From Bacteroidota bacterium (GTDB lineage: Bacteria; Bacteroidota; Bacteroidia; Bacteroidales; UBA7960), in the NCBI GenBank assembly GCA_018335675.1, contig JAGXRQ010000018.1, positions 2,608-66,607 on the forward strand: DNA of 64,000 nucleotides, in the 5' to 3' direction. The notes under the pieces are model-generated. The model saw only the letters and a program-made list of their open reading frames with translations, did not search any database and was not told the origin of the DNA. This document shows positions 1-10,518 of the stretch, piece by piece. Both the position numbers and the translations under genes were made by a program. Numbering within the stretch: the stretch's first letter is position 1; the number at the start of each line of letters is the position of its first letter.

Positions 1-2390
1 AAAGTGAAGGCATTCAAAACAGTCGATGTATTTTCATCACCTGCATTAACATTACCAAAATCAGCAGTATCACTTCCTGACAAAGTAAAATAAGAATCAT
101 CTACTATAATTGTACCTGTAATACCTGTTCCATCATCTGCACCAACATTCTTAACAGTTACACCCAACTTTATTGTTTCACTGAAGTCAATAAGTCCATT
201 GTCATTTCCTTCTTCATCTTTTACAACAAATGAATCTAATACGATAAATGGCCCTTCCAAAGCAGCAGCAGGTATTACTTGAATATAAGGTATATGTTGT
301 GGTTTAGTTACAACTATCATTACATCTCCTCCATCCAACACCGGCATAATAGGAACATTAACTTCTCCTGATTCTCCAACAAATGAAGCACCGTGAAGAA
401 CTCCATTCTTTGAAATACCAACATATGAACCCGGAAGTGCATTAACAGTATAAAACTCCATTCCAATAGGCAGAATAGGCATATGAGACACGGTATTTAC
501 TTCTCCTTCAGTTAGATATATAACTGTAGAAGGGTCTCCAAATGTTTGATATGCTTGCCAATAGTATAAAGGACTTGAATGTGTAGCATAACTTTGCAAA
601 TGTGCTTGGGTAACAGCTAGGTTTCCAACAAATTTTAATGCATCCACTGAAAAATATTCTGAAGCAAATGGAGCATCATAAGCTCCTAAAGAAGTTTCTG
701 CTACTGTTGGTACATATCCGTTATTATTGCCTGAAATTGGGAATGCCCCAACCGACCAATAAAAATCTTCAAACCAGTAAGTATTTGGCGCAGAACCAAT
801 ATACGCTACACCCCCTTTATTCTGAGCTCTAACCCAAGCTTCTCCAATACATTCAGCCTGACTAAACATACCACTTTGGCAGCAGTTTCCAACAGCTAAA
901 GGATATTTTCCGGTATTTGTCATAGCATGAACATCTGATACAGTAAGAGTTGGACCTGCCCAACTAGTTGGAGAACAATGAGCCGTAAAGTTTATAAATC
1001 CAACTGATATTCTTGCATTATCATAGCATCCGGTATATGTACTTAAATATGCATTTACGTTTGTAAAACCATTTGCTGTTTTAAAATAATTCTGAGTACC
1101 ATACTGAACTGTTGGCTGACCTACGGCAGGGTTCCAATAACTATCAGATCCAGCAATAAGAGTTACATCATTAAGATAAGTTGGATCTGTAAATTCATAT
1201 TTCTGATAATATAAAATTTTGTCTAATTGATTTTGAAGCTCTCCAGTATTTCTAGCAGAAAGCCTGCCGTAATATATATCTGGAAACATATCTCCATCAA
1301 TACTTGCATAATAAAGGTCTGTTACTTGTCCTGAAGAACTTCCAGTTGCAGAAGCAGGAATTTTTCCCGGGTCACCAACTATTACTACAAACGATGGAGC
1401 AGTATCTTCCGGAGTTGCCGCATTATAAACACCTTGTATGTAAGTTTTCACAGCATTTGCAGTTGTACCTATAACATCTGTATATGCCACAGTAACAAAA
1501 AAGCCTTGCTGTGTTTTCCATTCAACGAATGGAGCAAGAGTTGCCTCAAAGTCTCTGTGAGACACTATAAGCATCTTAATTGGATTTTTTGTCAAATCAG
1601 GGTGGTCTTCGAATGCTCCTTTATTTGAAATCGGATTTATTACCGATTTTTTAATTACATCAAAATATGGAGAATATGTAGATGCCTTAATATAATTCGT
1701 CAATGCCACATCGGAGCCAGTGTAAACAATTTCTAAATCAATATTATTAATCACTCTAATAACTCCTTCAACAGGGTTGTAAGAAATTGGGGCAACTGTA
1801 AGTCTAGCCAATCTCATATCTCTTAATACACCTAATATTTCAACAGTTGCAATTTCAGGTTGAATAAAAGTATTTTTAAAGTAAACATCTTTTTCAAATT
1901 CAAATTGAATCTTTTCAATGTCTTGATCCTTCCGAATTGAAGGCTGCACAGGCATCAACATGTTCATTATTCCTAAGTCTTTAAGCTTATACTCTTCTGT
2001 AGTGTAGCTCAAAACCTTAACTGTCACTTCTGCTCCAAATGGAATCTCAATAAGATTTTTTGCAGCCGGCAGCTTGGGAGTGCCAATGTTTCCAACACTA
2101 TAGCCTTCCGGCATAATAAGTTCAGTAAATGTACCCTTGTCTGATTTAACATCTAGCACATTTAGTCCATCAAACACATAATTAACTCTGGTCGAAGTAA
2201 TTGTATTTGATTTTACTTCCAGCAAACTCTTGTTTTCAGCAAACTCAATTCTTGTAGTTTGTGAAAAAAGGCTTGTTGATACGCAAACTAAGAGCATTAC
2301 TAGTATTGATATTAGTTTGCTTTTTCCTAAAAATGAATTTTTTTCTAACATTTTCAACTTGGTTTTGTTTGGTAAATTTGATTGCTTCAT
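1..2390 (-). CDS. C25-family cysteine peptidase (gingipain-like), N-terminal ~796 aa; the 3' end lies beyond the left window edge
   Basis: Absent from the ORF track because it has no stop inside the window. My own minus-strand translation from ATG 2390-2388 stays open to position 1. It starts with a signal peptide (MKQSNLPNKTKLKMLEKNSFLGKSKLISILVMLLVCVSTSLFSQ; alternative ATG at 2351), followed by a propeptide-like region. Motifs then seen: PSFVVIVGDPGKIPA and DLYYASIDGDMFPDIYYGRLSA. The candidate catalytic His is in INFTAHCSPTSW (codon at 980-978). The candidate Cys is in LAVGNCCQSGMF (codons at 884-879). The His-Cys spacing of about 32 aa matches gingipains. Confidence 0.7.
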   Translation of the reverse strand, partial: MKQSNLPNKTKLKMLEKNSFLGKSKLISILVMLLVCVSTSLFSQTTRIEFAENKSLLEVKSNTITSTRVNYVFDGLNVLDVKSDKGTFTELIMPEGYSVGNIGTPKLPAAKNLIEIPFGAEVTVKVLSYTTEEYKLKDLGIMNMLMPVQPSIRKDQDIEKIQFEFEKDVYFKNTFIQPEIATVEILGVLRDMRLARLTVAPISYNPVEGVIRVINNIDLEIVYTGSDVALTNYIKASTYSPYFDVIKKSVINPISNKGAFEDHPDLTKNPIKMLIVSHRDFEATLAPFVEWKTQQGFFVTVAYTDVIGTTANAVKTYIQGVYNAATPEDTAPSFVVIVGDPGKIPASATGSSSGQVTDLYYASIDGDMFPDIYYGRLSARNTGELQNQLDKILYYQKYEFTDPTYLNDVTLIAGSDSYWNPAVGQPTVQYGTQNYFKTANGFTNVNAYLSTYTGCYDNARISVGFINFTAHCSPTSWAGPTLTVSDVHAMTNTGKYPLAVGNCCQSGMFSQAECIGEAWVRAQNKGGVAYIGSAPNTYWFEDFYWSVGAFPISGNNNGYVPTVAETSLGAYDAPFASEYFSVDALKFVGNLAVTQAHLQSYATHSSPLYYWQAYQTFGDPSTVIYLTEGEVNTVSHMPILPIGMEFYTVNALPGSYVGISKNGVLHGASFVGESGEVNVPIMPVLDGGDVMIVVTKPQHIPYIQVIPAAALEGPFIVLDSFVVKDEEGNDNGLIDFSETIKLGVTVKNVGADDGTGITGTIIVDDSYFTLSGSDTADFGNVNAGDENTSTVLNAFT

Positions 2391-2651
2391 TGAATTATTA
2401 ATTAATTTTCTAATATAAAAATGGGTTATTTTAACACTAAACAACAATTACAATAAGTAAGGTGTTTTTTTGTTATGTGCTTTTTGCTTGTAATTTACTG
2501 TTATATAATAACTTGTAAATTTAAGCAATTCAGTTTAAAGGAACAAGAAATGCAGCCCTGATCAAGCGCCATTGAAAAAACCTCAGAAACTACTATAAAA
2601 ACTAGGGATGCGAAGGAAACAATTGTTTAATCCTTGTTTTTTTGTGTTTTT

Positions 2652-3875
2652 TTAAGACTTTTTCGAGACAAGGGCAGAAATGTTTTTGACGGGAAATAAT
2701 GAAGTTACTACTCCTATAATAATTACAGTAGCAGACACCAGAATAAAATCAGTAAAATTCATTGCAACAGGATACGCTTCTATTATGAATGACCCTTCTG
2801 AATAAAGCGAAATAACACCAAATTCCATTTGTATCCAACAAAACAATGCCCCTAAAAGTAATCCTATAAATGCACCTCCAATACTAATTAATATTCCTTC
2901 AATTAAGAATATCCTTTTAAGTAGTTTTTTATCGGCACCCAGAAACCAGAGTGTTCGCACATCCTTGCTTTTCTCTATAACCAACATTGTTAATGACCCT
3001 ACAACATTAAAAGCAGCAATTAATAATATAAAAGACAAAATCAAATAAATTGCCCACTTCTCTGAACGCATAATTTTATATAGAAAATCTTGTTGTTGAA
3101 GCCTGTTTTTCACAACATATTTGTCACCAACAATGTTTGTGATGCTCTTTTGTATTCTGCTATGATTTGCATTTGGTTCAAGAGAAATAAACAATGATGT
3201 AATCTCTTCATCGTACTCTAATAAAGATCTTGCAAGCCTTATGGGAACTATGATGTATTCCATATCAAACTCAGACTGAATGCCAAACACCCCGGATGCA
3301 AAATTTGAACTGGCGTTAAAAGCCTGTGCAGGATTTATAACTGCTTGCCTTCCTCTTTTTGGAACATAAATAGTGTGAAAATTCCTAATGTCGTGTATGC
3401 TAGAATTTAACATATATGCAACCCCTTGGCCTAAAAGAATATAATCCCTGTTTCCTTCTTCAAGAATTATATCTCCTTCAACAATCATTGTATCTATTCC
3501 GGTAATATTGAAATAATCATTGCTTACTCCTCTCATTTTAACTAAATGCTGACGATTTCTATATGAAATCATAGCAGACTCTTCAATAATTTCACCAATA
3601 TACAACACCCCTGGGATATTCTTAATTTCCTCGACGGAGATATCCGACATCCTAAAGCTTTTTCCCTCATTAACAGTGATTTCAATATCTGGATTAAATG
3701 CATCAAATAAAGAAAGTATCAGCTTTTCAAAACCATTAAATACAGATAAAACGATAATTAACGCCATTGCTCCTACCCCCACTCCTACAACAGAAATCAA
3801 TGAAACTATATTGATAATGTTATGGGATTTCTTTGCGAACAAATAACGCCGGGCTATAAAGAATGGGAGTTTCAT
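2652..3875 (-). CDS. LolC/LolE-type (FtsX-fold) ABC transporter permease
   Basis: 407 aa. The N-terminus MKLPFFIARRYLFAKKSHNIINIVSLISVVGVGVGAMALIIVLSVFNGFE is typical of lipoprotein-release permeases. It has a large periplasmic loop and three C-terminal TM helices. Confidence 0.8.
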   Translation of the reverse strand: MKLPFFIARRYLFAKKSHNIINIVSLISVVGVGVGAMALIIVLSVFNGFEKLILSLFDAFNPDIEITVNEGKSFRMSDISVEEIKNIPGVLYIGEIIEESAMISYRNRQHLVKMRGVSNDYFNITGIDTMIVEGDIILEEGNRDYILLGQGVAYMLNSSIHDIRNFHTIYVPKRGRQAVINPAQAFNASSNFASGVFGIQSEFDMEYIIVPIRLARSLLEYDEEITSLFISLEPNANHSRIQKSITNIVGDKYVVKNRLQQQDFLYKIMRSEKWAIYLILSFILLIAAFNVVGSLTMLVIEKSKDVRTLWFLGADKKLLKRIFLIEGILISIGGAFIGLLLGALFCWIQMEFGVISLYSEGSFIIEAYPVAMNFTDFILVSATVIIIGVVTSLFPVKNISALVSKKS

Positions 3876-3882
3876 TATCGGA

Positions 3883-4698
3883 TTATTTTTTTCTTGCTAC
3901 AACAATTAAACCTGTACCTTTTGAATTCTTAACATTGACATCAAGAATATTTAGCCAAAAACATAAAGGGAAGAATAATAGATAATAAATTGGTAAAAGA
4001 AAAAAGAAAAATTTAGAAAAATTTAGCATACTCACCGGATATTTAATTGATAATCTCCAAGATAAACTGCCGAATTTCCCATAGGAATATTTTGCATTTA
4101 CTTTATTAAACCCTACTTTTTCAAGCTTTTCATGAATGTCTTTTATAGAATATCCATCCCTAACATGTTCCGAAATGAATGAAGTATCATCTTCTGAATG
4201 AATATCAGATCCACCCTGATCCGATGGAGTCGATATAAGCAGCATACCACCCGACTTAAGACTTTTATATGCATTCTCCATTACCTTAACATCATCCAAA
4301 ATGTGTTCTAAAACGTCAACAGATAAAATAATATTATAAGCCTGAGGTTCGGAAAATTCTGTTAGATCTTCAATGTCAAAATTGACGTTGTTTAGCCCTG
4401 CCTTAGAAAAGAACTCTGAGCATTCTTTTACTTCTTTTTCTTTTATGTCTATTCCCTTAATTATCCATGATTTATATTTTCTTGCTATATACCAAGAATA
4501 TTGTCCAAATCCACTGCCTGCATCTAACACAGTAATTCTATCTGTCTTATTAAAAGAAAGTGCAATCCTTTTAATCTCTCGGTGAATATACCATGCACGA
4601 AGAAATAGAACATCGAGAATGAAGTAGAATAACCTTAATGTAAAAACATTACGTTTAAATATTTTACCAAGATGCTTTTTTATAGGGTCATACTCCAT
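3883..4698 (-). CDS. Class I SAM-dependent methyltransferase with a hydrophobic C-terminal tail
   Basis: 271 aa. SAM-binding motif I is VLDAGSGFGQYS, followed by ILSVDVLEHI. The C-terminal FSKFFFFLLPIYYLLFFPLCFWLNIL looks like a membrane segment. Confidence 0.75.
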   Translation of the reverse strand: MEYDPIKKHLGKIFKRNVFTLRLFYFILDVLFLRAWYIHREIKRIALSFNKTDRITVLDAGSGFGQYSWYIARKYKSWIIKGIDIKEKEVKECSEFFSKAGLNNVNFDIEDLTEFSEPQAYNIILSVDVLEHILDDVKVMENAYKSLKSGGMLLISTPSDQGGSDIHSEDDTSFISEHVRDGYSIKDIHEKLEKVGFNKVNAKYSYGKFGSLSWRLSIKYPVSMLNFSKFFFFLLPIYYLLFFPLCFWLNILDVNVKNSKGTGLIVVARKK

Positions 4699-4703
4699 AA
4701 TCT

Positions 4704-5039
4704 CTATTCTTTAAGCAGCTTCTCAATGTTTTCAAGATAGTCGAGACTGTCGTCAATAAAAAACCTTAGTTCAGGAACCTTCCTGATTTGATTCTTTACT
4801 CGATCTCCCAGTTTTTTCCTAATCTGCTTATTGTAAATTTCTATTGTCCCCAATACTGCATTAGCATCTTTGCCGAATATACTAATATAAACTCTTGCTA
4901 ATGACATATCAGCTGTAACATTTACCTTAGTTACAGTAATCATTGCACTTTGAAACCAGCTTTTGGCTTCAATCTGAAATATTTCCCCGAGGTCTTTCTG
5001 AAGAAGTCGGGAAATGCGTTTTTGACGATTTGATTCCAT
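4704..5039 (-). CDS. rbfA: Ribosome-binding factor A
   Basis: The ORF runs 4704..5105, but conserved RbfA sequence starts at the internal Met (MESNRQKRISRLLQKDLGEIF...). The upstream 22 codons are hydrophobic junk, so I place the start at 5039. Confidence 0.85.
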   Translation of the reverse strand: MESNRQKRISRLLQKDLGEIFQIEAKSWFQSAMITVTKVNVTADMSLARVYISIFGKDANAVLGTIEIYNKQIRKKLGDRVKNQIRKVPELRFFIDDSLDYLENIEKLLKE

Positions 5040-5196
5040 ATTTGCAAAGATATAAACAAATAAGACAAGATTAAAAAAACTATCACAGACGGGTTTAGAG
5101 CACAAACTTTTTGTAATAAAACTTTGACTTTCAATTTCTTTAAGTTATTTTTATGATGATTTTGAAATAAATGATTCATCATAAACAGGAATAATT

Positions 5197-6810
5197 ATGG
5201 CTACACCGGATTTTATTTACCAAGACCCAATGCCACTTGGGGATGATAAGACAGATTATTATTTACTAACCAAAGATTATGTAAAAAGCTCTGAGTTTAA
5301 TGGCAAATATGTTCTTATTGTTGAAAGTGAAGGCTTAAAGCAATTGGCAGCAAGGGCTATGCGCGATACATCATTTATGCTCAGAACAGGGCATATTAAA
5401 CAGATTGCAGATATTATTTCGGATAAAGAATCAAGTGAAAATGACAAGTATGTAGCTGTTACAATGCTTAAGAATGCTGAAATATCAGCAAAAGGTCAGC
5501 TCCCATTTTGTCAGGATACGGGCACTGCAACTGTTTTCGCAAAAAAAGGCCAACAGGTATGGACAAATGGTAATGATTATGAATCATTATCTAAAGGTAT
5601 TTATAAAACTTATACTGAGGAGTATTTACGCTATTCTCAGGTAATTCCTTTAGATATGTATAAAGAAAAAAATTCCGGGACAAATCTTCCTGCACAAATT
5701 GACATAAATGCTTGTGATGGCGATGAATACAATTTTCTATTTGTAGCTAAAGGGGGAGGATCTGCCAATAAAACATCTCTTTTTCAGGAAACTAAGGCTT
5801 TACTTAATCCTGAAAGTCTTGAAAAATTTATCGTTGAAAAATTAAAATCTATTGGAACTGCAGCTTGCCCTCCATATCATGTGGCTTTTGTAATTGGGGG
5901 AACATCAGCTGAGACTTGCTTAAAAACCGTAAAACTTGCTTCTACTAAATATCTTGACGGATTGCCGACCAAGGGAAATGATTTTGGACAAGCATTTAGA
6001 GACGTTGAGCTTGAGAAAAAGATTCTGGAAGCATCATATAAATTAGGAATTGGAGCCCAATTTGGCGGTAAGCACTTTGCTTTAGATATTAGAATAATAC
6101 GCCTTCCTCGACATGGAGCGTCTTGCCCGGTGGGAATGGGAGTTTCTTGCGCGGCTGACAGAAACATTAAGGCAAAAATAAATAAAGATGGAATCTGGAT
6201 TGAAAAAATGGAAAGTAACCCCGGTCAATTTATACCTGAAGAATATAGAGAATTAGAAGACAAGGGTGCAATAAAGATAGATCTTCAGAAACCAATGAAA
6301 GAGATTCTTTCAGAACTGAGCAGACATAAAGTGGGAACCCGATTATCTTTAACCGGAACAATTATAGTTGGGAGAGACATTGCTCATGCCAAGCTAAAAG
6401 AGCGACTAGATAATGGAGAAGATTTGCCACAATACATTAAAGATCATCCAATTTATTATGCTGGCCCTGCAAAAACCCCACAAGGAATGGCATCAGGTTC
6501 GTTTGGGCCAACAACAGCTGGACGAATGGACTCATACGTTGACCTTTTTCAACAAAAAGGTGGAAGCATGATAATGATTGCAAAAGGGAATAGAAGTCAG
6601 CAAGTAACTGATGCTTGTAAGAAGCATGGAGGATTTTATCTTGGTAGTATTGGTGGTCCTGCAGCAATATTAGCTCAAGAGAACATTACAAACGTTGAAC
6701 TTATGGAATATCCTGAATTAGGGATGGAAGCAATCTATAGAATTGAAGTAAAGAACTTTCCGGCTTTTATACTTGTAGATGATAAAGGAAATGATTTTTA
6801 TAAAATGTAA
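5197..6810 (+). CDS. Class I (Fe-S) fumarate hydratase, fused alpha/beta type
   Basis: 537 aa. [11 protein letters not shown] and GGGSANK motifs lie in the N-terminal half. The C-terminal half resembles the beta-subunit ([15 protein letters not shown]). Confidence 0.9.
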   Translation: MATPDFIYQDPMPLGDDKTDYYLLTKDYVKSSEFNGKYVLIVESEGLKQLAARAMRDTSFMLRTGHIKQIADIISDKESSENDKYVAVTMLKNAEISAKGQLPFCQDTGTATVFAKKGQQVWTNGNDYESLSKGIYKTYTEEYLRYSQVIPLDMYKEKNSGTNLPAQIDINACDGDEYNFLFVAKGGGSANKTSLFQETKALLNPESLEKFIVEKLKSIGTAACPPYHVAFVIGGTSAETCLKTVKLASTKYLDGLPTKGNDFGQAFRDVELEKKILEASYKLGIGAQFGGKHFALDIRIIRLPRHGASCPVGMGVSCAADRNIKAKINKDGIWIEKMESNPGQFIPEEYRELEDKGAIKIDLQKPMKEILSELSRHKVGTRLSLTGTIIVGRDIAHAKLKERLDNGEDLPQYIKDHPIYYAGPAKTPQGMASGSFGPTTAGRMDSYVDLFQQKGGSMIMIAKGNRSQQVTDACKKHGGFYLGSIGGPAAILAQENITNVELMEYPELGMEAIYRIEVKNFPAFILVDDKGNDFYKM

Positions 6811-6830
6811 TTATTTAATTACCCAAATAA

Positions 6831-6861
6831 AAAAGGCCGCAAATTTGATTTGCGGCCTTTT
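6831..6861. terminator. Bidirectional rho-independent terminator between convergent fumarase and gldN
   Basis: AAAAGGCCGCAAAT (6831-6844) pairs perfectly with ATTTGCGGCCTTTT (6848-6861) around a 3-nt loop. The GC core is flanked by an A-run and a T-run, so it can terminate in both directions. Confidence 0.7.
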
Positions 6862-6880
6862 CTATTTTTACTATAATCTC

Positions 6881-7723
6881 TTAATATTCCCAAAGATCAA
6901 TTTCCCAGTTTCTGATGTCATTTTTAATTCTTTCAGCTTCCAAAAGCGCATCTAGGCCTTGGTAGTACTGAGCAATTGTACGGTCATAAACGTTAGATTC
7001 CTTGTAAATATAGCTGTTATACATTCTGCGTAGGAACAAATCATCAAATGAAATTCTTTGAGCATCATTATGCCTGTTGAAAACTTCAGCATTTACAAAA
7101 ATATTTCTGCAATGAGGATAATATACCCAAAATAAAGGCTCATCAACCAAGCCAAGTCCACTAATGTCGCGTTGTCTAATAGGTGAAATTCCTAGTACCC
7201 TTACATCAAGCATAGACCTTTTACTATCAACAAACCATACTTCTTTGATTCTGAATTTTGTAACTTCCTCAGATCTAAAGCTAATAATAATCTCTTCTAA
7301 TTCTCCTGTTTCAGGATTTTCGAAAATGTCAACTCTTTGAAGCTTTTCCTGAATTTCTTCCGGAGTAAGAGGAGTGGTAAATTCGTCGTCTTCATAAGCA
7401 ATTATTGCACCTTCTCTGATTCCATCATAAATAACCTGCATAAGGCTTCTCCTATTCTGGATTGGAGTAACAGGGTAATACAAGGGTTGGTTAATTTTTT
7501 CCCTCATATCAATAACCTGCCATATAGTTCTAGCCCACTGAACTTCAACTTCTCTAACATAAGGTAGTTCAACAGGTGTTTTCTCTTCTATCCAAATTTT
7601 ATCATAAAAATTATCTCTGGGAGGTGCATCAAGAACCTGAGAATTTGCTATAACTGCAAAACCTGAAACAAGGATCAGGGAAATGAATAATTTTTTTAAC
7701 TGAGTCATGTTTTTATCCTCCAA
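6881..7723 (-). CDS. gldN: T9SS/gliding protein GldN (PorN)
   Basis: 280 aa. It is the last gene of the gldKLMN operon and has a signal peptide (alternative start MTQLKKLFISLILVSGFAVIANSQ at 7708). GldN-like motifs: FYDKIWIEE, RTIWQVIDMREKINQPLYYP and FRIKEVWFVD. Confidence 0.8.
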   Translation of the reverse strand: MEDKNMTQLKKLFISLILVSGFAVIANSQVLDAPPRDNFYDKIWIEEKTPVELPYVREVEVQWARTIWQVIDMREKINQPLYYPVTPIQNRRSLMQVIYDGIREGAIIAYEDDEFTTPLTPEEIQEKLQRVDIFENPETGELEEIIISFRSEEVTKFRIKEVWFVDSKRSMLDVRVLGISPIRQRDISGLGLVDEPLFWVYYPHCRNIFVNAEVFNRHNDAQRISFDDLFLRRMYNSYIYKESNVYDRTIAQYYQGLDALLEAERIKNDIRNWEIDLWEY

Positions 7724-7733
7724 TATTAATTAA

Positions 7734-9347
7734 TTAGTCTAATTTAAGAACAACTGCTGAAAGTGGTCTGTTGGTATTATCAGGACCTCTGGCAATGATA
7801 TCACTAAAAGTAAATACCTGACCTCTTCTACCGCGACCAATAGCAGTAATCATCTCATTAGAGAAAGTACCGCCTCTGGCATTGTATGGTCTTAAATCAC
7901 CAGCTTCAATAGTATACATTGTAAACGAAATAATTTCAAATTTAGCTTCAAAATCAAACCCTTCCGGATCAGCAGTAACTCTTGGAACTGCTTGCAGTCT
8001 TTCGCGGGCAACTGCAGCACCACTATTTAAACCTGCGACTTTTGGTGTCGGGTTTGGAATAGGTCTTACTCTAAATTCTGCACTACCCATAGGTCTAGTA
8101 CCGCCATCCATTAGGGCACTTACTGTAATTTTTGCTTCCCTGGTTCCACTGGTCATTCTAACGGTAAACTTACCATCACCTCTAGGAATTAAAGAACCAC
8201 CACTAGATATAACAGCCCTGATGTTTTCATTTGCAACTCCAGGTACAGAAATAGTAACAGGATTATCAACTCCAACATAAAAAACATTCATAGCATCTGC
8301 TGAAACAGTAACTGAAGGTCTTTGCACAATATAATCACCCTTAAAAGGATAAGGAGTCATTTGACCTGAAACAGGATGAGGTACCTGAATTTCGCCTTTA
8401 AAAGATCTTGATCCAATTGCACTTGCTGGAACTCTATATTTTCCAACCCCATCTTTTGCTTCAATTGAACGTCCATCAACCACAATAGTAGGTTTTTGTT
8501 TAGTGTCATAAGCTGCAACAAATATATCAGCTTCATAATGATCGCCTAACATAACAATTTGGCTTCTTGGAACAACTCTTGCTTCTATTTTGTCAAAGCT
8601 AAAATCTTCAGCAGAAATTTCACTATATAGTCTTGAAACTACTTCAAATTCAGCATTTTTTACTTCTGTAACCAGTCTGCTAAGGTTTGTGGCTATTGCG
8701 ATAGGGATAACCCTGTCAAACATTGATCTCTGCCAACTAATTTCTTTACCATTATTATCTAAAAAAGGTCCTTCAGTGTCAATTCCTAATTGAAGACCTT
8801 CAAGAAATCTTTCTTGCCTTTCTTGAGGAACAAGTTCAAGCAAAATATTTGTAACACTTTGCTTATAATCTTCTATCTTTTTCCTCAAAGCATAAGCTTT
8901 GGTGCCTTGACCCCCATCTGCAAGCATATCTTGATTTCCATCTTTTATCCAATACGCAGATGTTTTACTATACTGAGATTTAGTTTTTAAGTTAAGAAGG
9001 CTAAGAGTATCAGCTTTTTCCATAGGAATTTTGTCGAGACGGGATATCATGTCCGACCTATGAAACTTAATAAAAGTAACAACTGAATCAGTAAGTTCTT
9101 GAACTTTCATCGCCCTTTTATAATAAGGCTCTACTTTTTCGGGAGCTAATGCCATTTGCTGCCTAAACTCTCTATAAACATCGTCAACTCTTTTAGTAAA
9201 GTTCAAGTTGGTTCGTTTTATACCATCATCAATTAGTACAAATGAGTCCATAACAGTCACCGATACATTAAGTGCCATCAGTGAAATGAACACCAAGTAC
9301 ATTAGCCCAATCATTTTTTGTCGGGGAGTTTGCTTGCCTCCTGCCAT
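7734..9347 (-). CDS. gldM: T9SS/gliding motor-associated protein GldM (PorM)
   Basis: 537 aa. Canonical GldM N-terminus MAGGKQTPRQKMIGLMYLVFISLMALNV, a single TM helix, and a long periplasmic region. Confidence 0.9.
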   Translation of the reverse strand: MAGGKQTPRQKMIGLMYLVFISLMALNVSVTVMDSFVLIDDGIKRTNLNFTKRVDDVYREFRQQMALAPEKVEPYYKRAMKVQELTDSVVTFIKFHRSDMISRLDKIPMEKADTLSLLNLKTKSQYSKTSAYWIKDGNQDMLADGGQGTKAYALRKKIEDYKQSVTNILLELVPQERQERFLEGLQLGIDTEGPFLDNNGKEISWQRSMFDRVIPIAIATNLSRLVTEVKNAEFEVVSRLYSEISAEDFSFDKIEARVVPRSQIVMLGDHYEADIFVAAYDTKQKPTIVVDGRSIEAKDGVGKYRVPASAIGSRSFKGEIQVPHPVSGQMTPYPFKGDYIVQRPSVTVSADAMNVFYVGVDNPVTISVPGVANENIRAVISSGGSLIPRGDGKFTVRMTSGTREAKITVSALMDGGTRPMGSAEFRVRPIPNPTPKVAGLNSGAAVARERLQAVPRVTADPEGFDFEAKFEIISFTMYTIEAGDLRPYNARGGTFSNEMITAIGRGRRGQVFTFSDIIARGPDNTNRPLSAVVLKLD

Positions 9348-9381
9348 AATATAATAGTATTAGCTTTTACAAAAATTTATA

Positions 9382-10416
9382 CTAACCATTAACCTTACCA
9401 ACACTCATAGCTGAAAGCATATTTCCGTATACATTATTTAAAGCTCTGATATTACCGGAAAGTTGCATTAATTCAGTTTTTAGTTGTTCTGTGTTGGCTG
9501 AGGACTCACTAATATTTGCAACAAATTGGTCCAAACTAGCTTTAAGTCTGTCAGTATTTGCATATTGCTCATTTGAGGCCTGAAGTTGCAATTCATAAAC
9601 TGCATTTAGAGCTGTAAGATTCTGAGTAGTTTTAGACATCTGCTCAGCATAAACTTTAGCCCCTGAAGAAGAACCTTCCATTGCCTCAACAGCTTGAGTT
9701 AACAAACTGGCTGTTTTGCTATAGTTTTCAGCCATCTGGCTTGAATAAACAGTAAGATTCTTAATGCTTTCGTTATAGTCAACCGAAGCCTGAAGGTTTT
9801 CTTTAGCAATAACTGCTGTTCCTTGATATGCTTCTTTCATCTCACCAAGTGCAACAACAGTATTTTGAAGACTCTTCGCATATTCTTCTGAAAGGCTAAG
9901 ATCATGCTTCAAATATTCTGCAGTATTCTTGTAAGACTGGCTTAATTCCAAAACAGACTGAGAAGCCAATTGCATATTCTGCACATATTGATTTGTTGCA
10001 ATTGTAGCATTTGATATATCAGCAAGTTTTTTAGCATTATCGCTTAGATTTCTTAATCCTTTACTTAAATCTTCAATAAGTTCAGGACCAATATTGGCTT
10101 CTTCAAGCATTTTATCTAAGTTGGTAGAGATTGTAACATTCTGAATATTTTGAGTTGTTACTCTTTCTCCTCCAGAACTATCTTCAATCCCAGCTAATTC
10201 GGGATACACAAGTGTCCAATCTGGCTCATCATGAGGAGGTTCAAACCCAGACATGAAGAAAATTAAAGCTTCAACACCAAGACCAACGATTAGCATGATT
10301 TCTGCTCCAGGATAGTGGTTAATTTTGAACAAAGCTCCCAAAATTACTACAGAAGCACCCCAGCCATATAGTTTGGCCATTAGGTTTTTGAATGTTTTTG
10401 TGTGTACAAATTTCAT
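9382..10416 (-). CDS. gldL: T9SS/gliding motor protein GldL (PorL)
   Basis: 344 aa. Two N-terminal TM helices (LYGWGASVVILGALFKINHYPGAEIMLIVGLGVEALIFFMSGFEPP) are followed by a long Q/S/N/A-rich helical cytoplasmic tail. It lies between gldK and gldM. Confidence 0.85.
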   Translation of the reverse strand: MKFVHTKTFKNLMAKLYGWGASVVILGALFKINHYPGAEIMLIVGLGVEALIFFMSGFEPPHDEPDWTLVYPELAGIEDSSGGERVTTQNIQNVTISTNLDKMLEEANIGPELIEDLSKGLRNLSDNAKKLADISNATIATNQYVQNMQLASQSVLELSQSYKNTAEYLKHDLSLSEEYAKSLQNTVVALGEMKEAYQGTAVIAKENLQASVDYNESIKNLTVYSSQMAENYSKTASLLTQAVEAMEGSSSGAKVYAEQMSKTTQNLTALNAVYELQLQASNEQYANTDRLKASLDQFVANISESSANTEQLKTELMQLSGNIRALNNVYGNMLSAMSVGKVNG

Positions 10417-10518
10417 AGGGCTTATCTATAATTTATTAAAATTTAAGATGTAATTTCAAAAAACAGAATACTTAATTAAGTTTTACAAAGATATATAAAA
10501 TATTAATTTGCGTTTTTT

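Noticed and set aside
2391-2651. The 260-bp spacer between the lolE-like gene and the C25 peptidase gene, examined for an sRNA, a terminator or a promoter box.
   Set aside because: I found no stable hairpin, no TAnnTTTG match on the relevant strand and no repeat, so there is nothing I can support.
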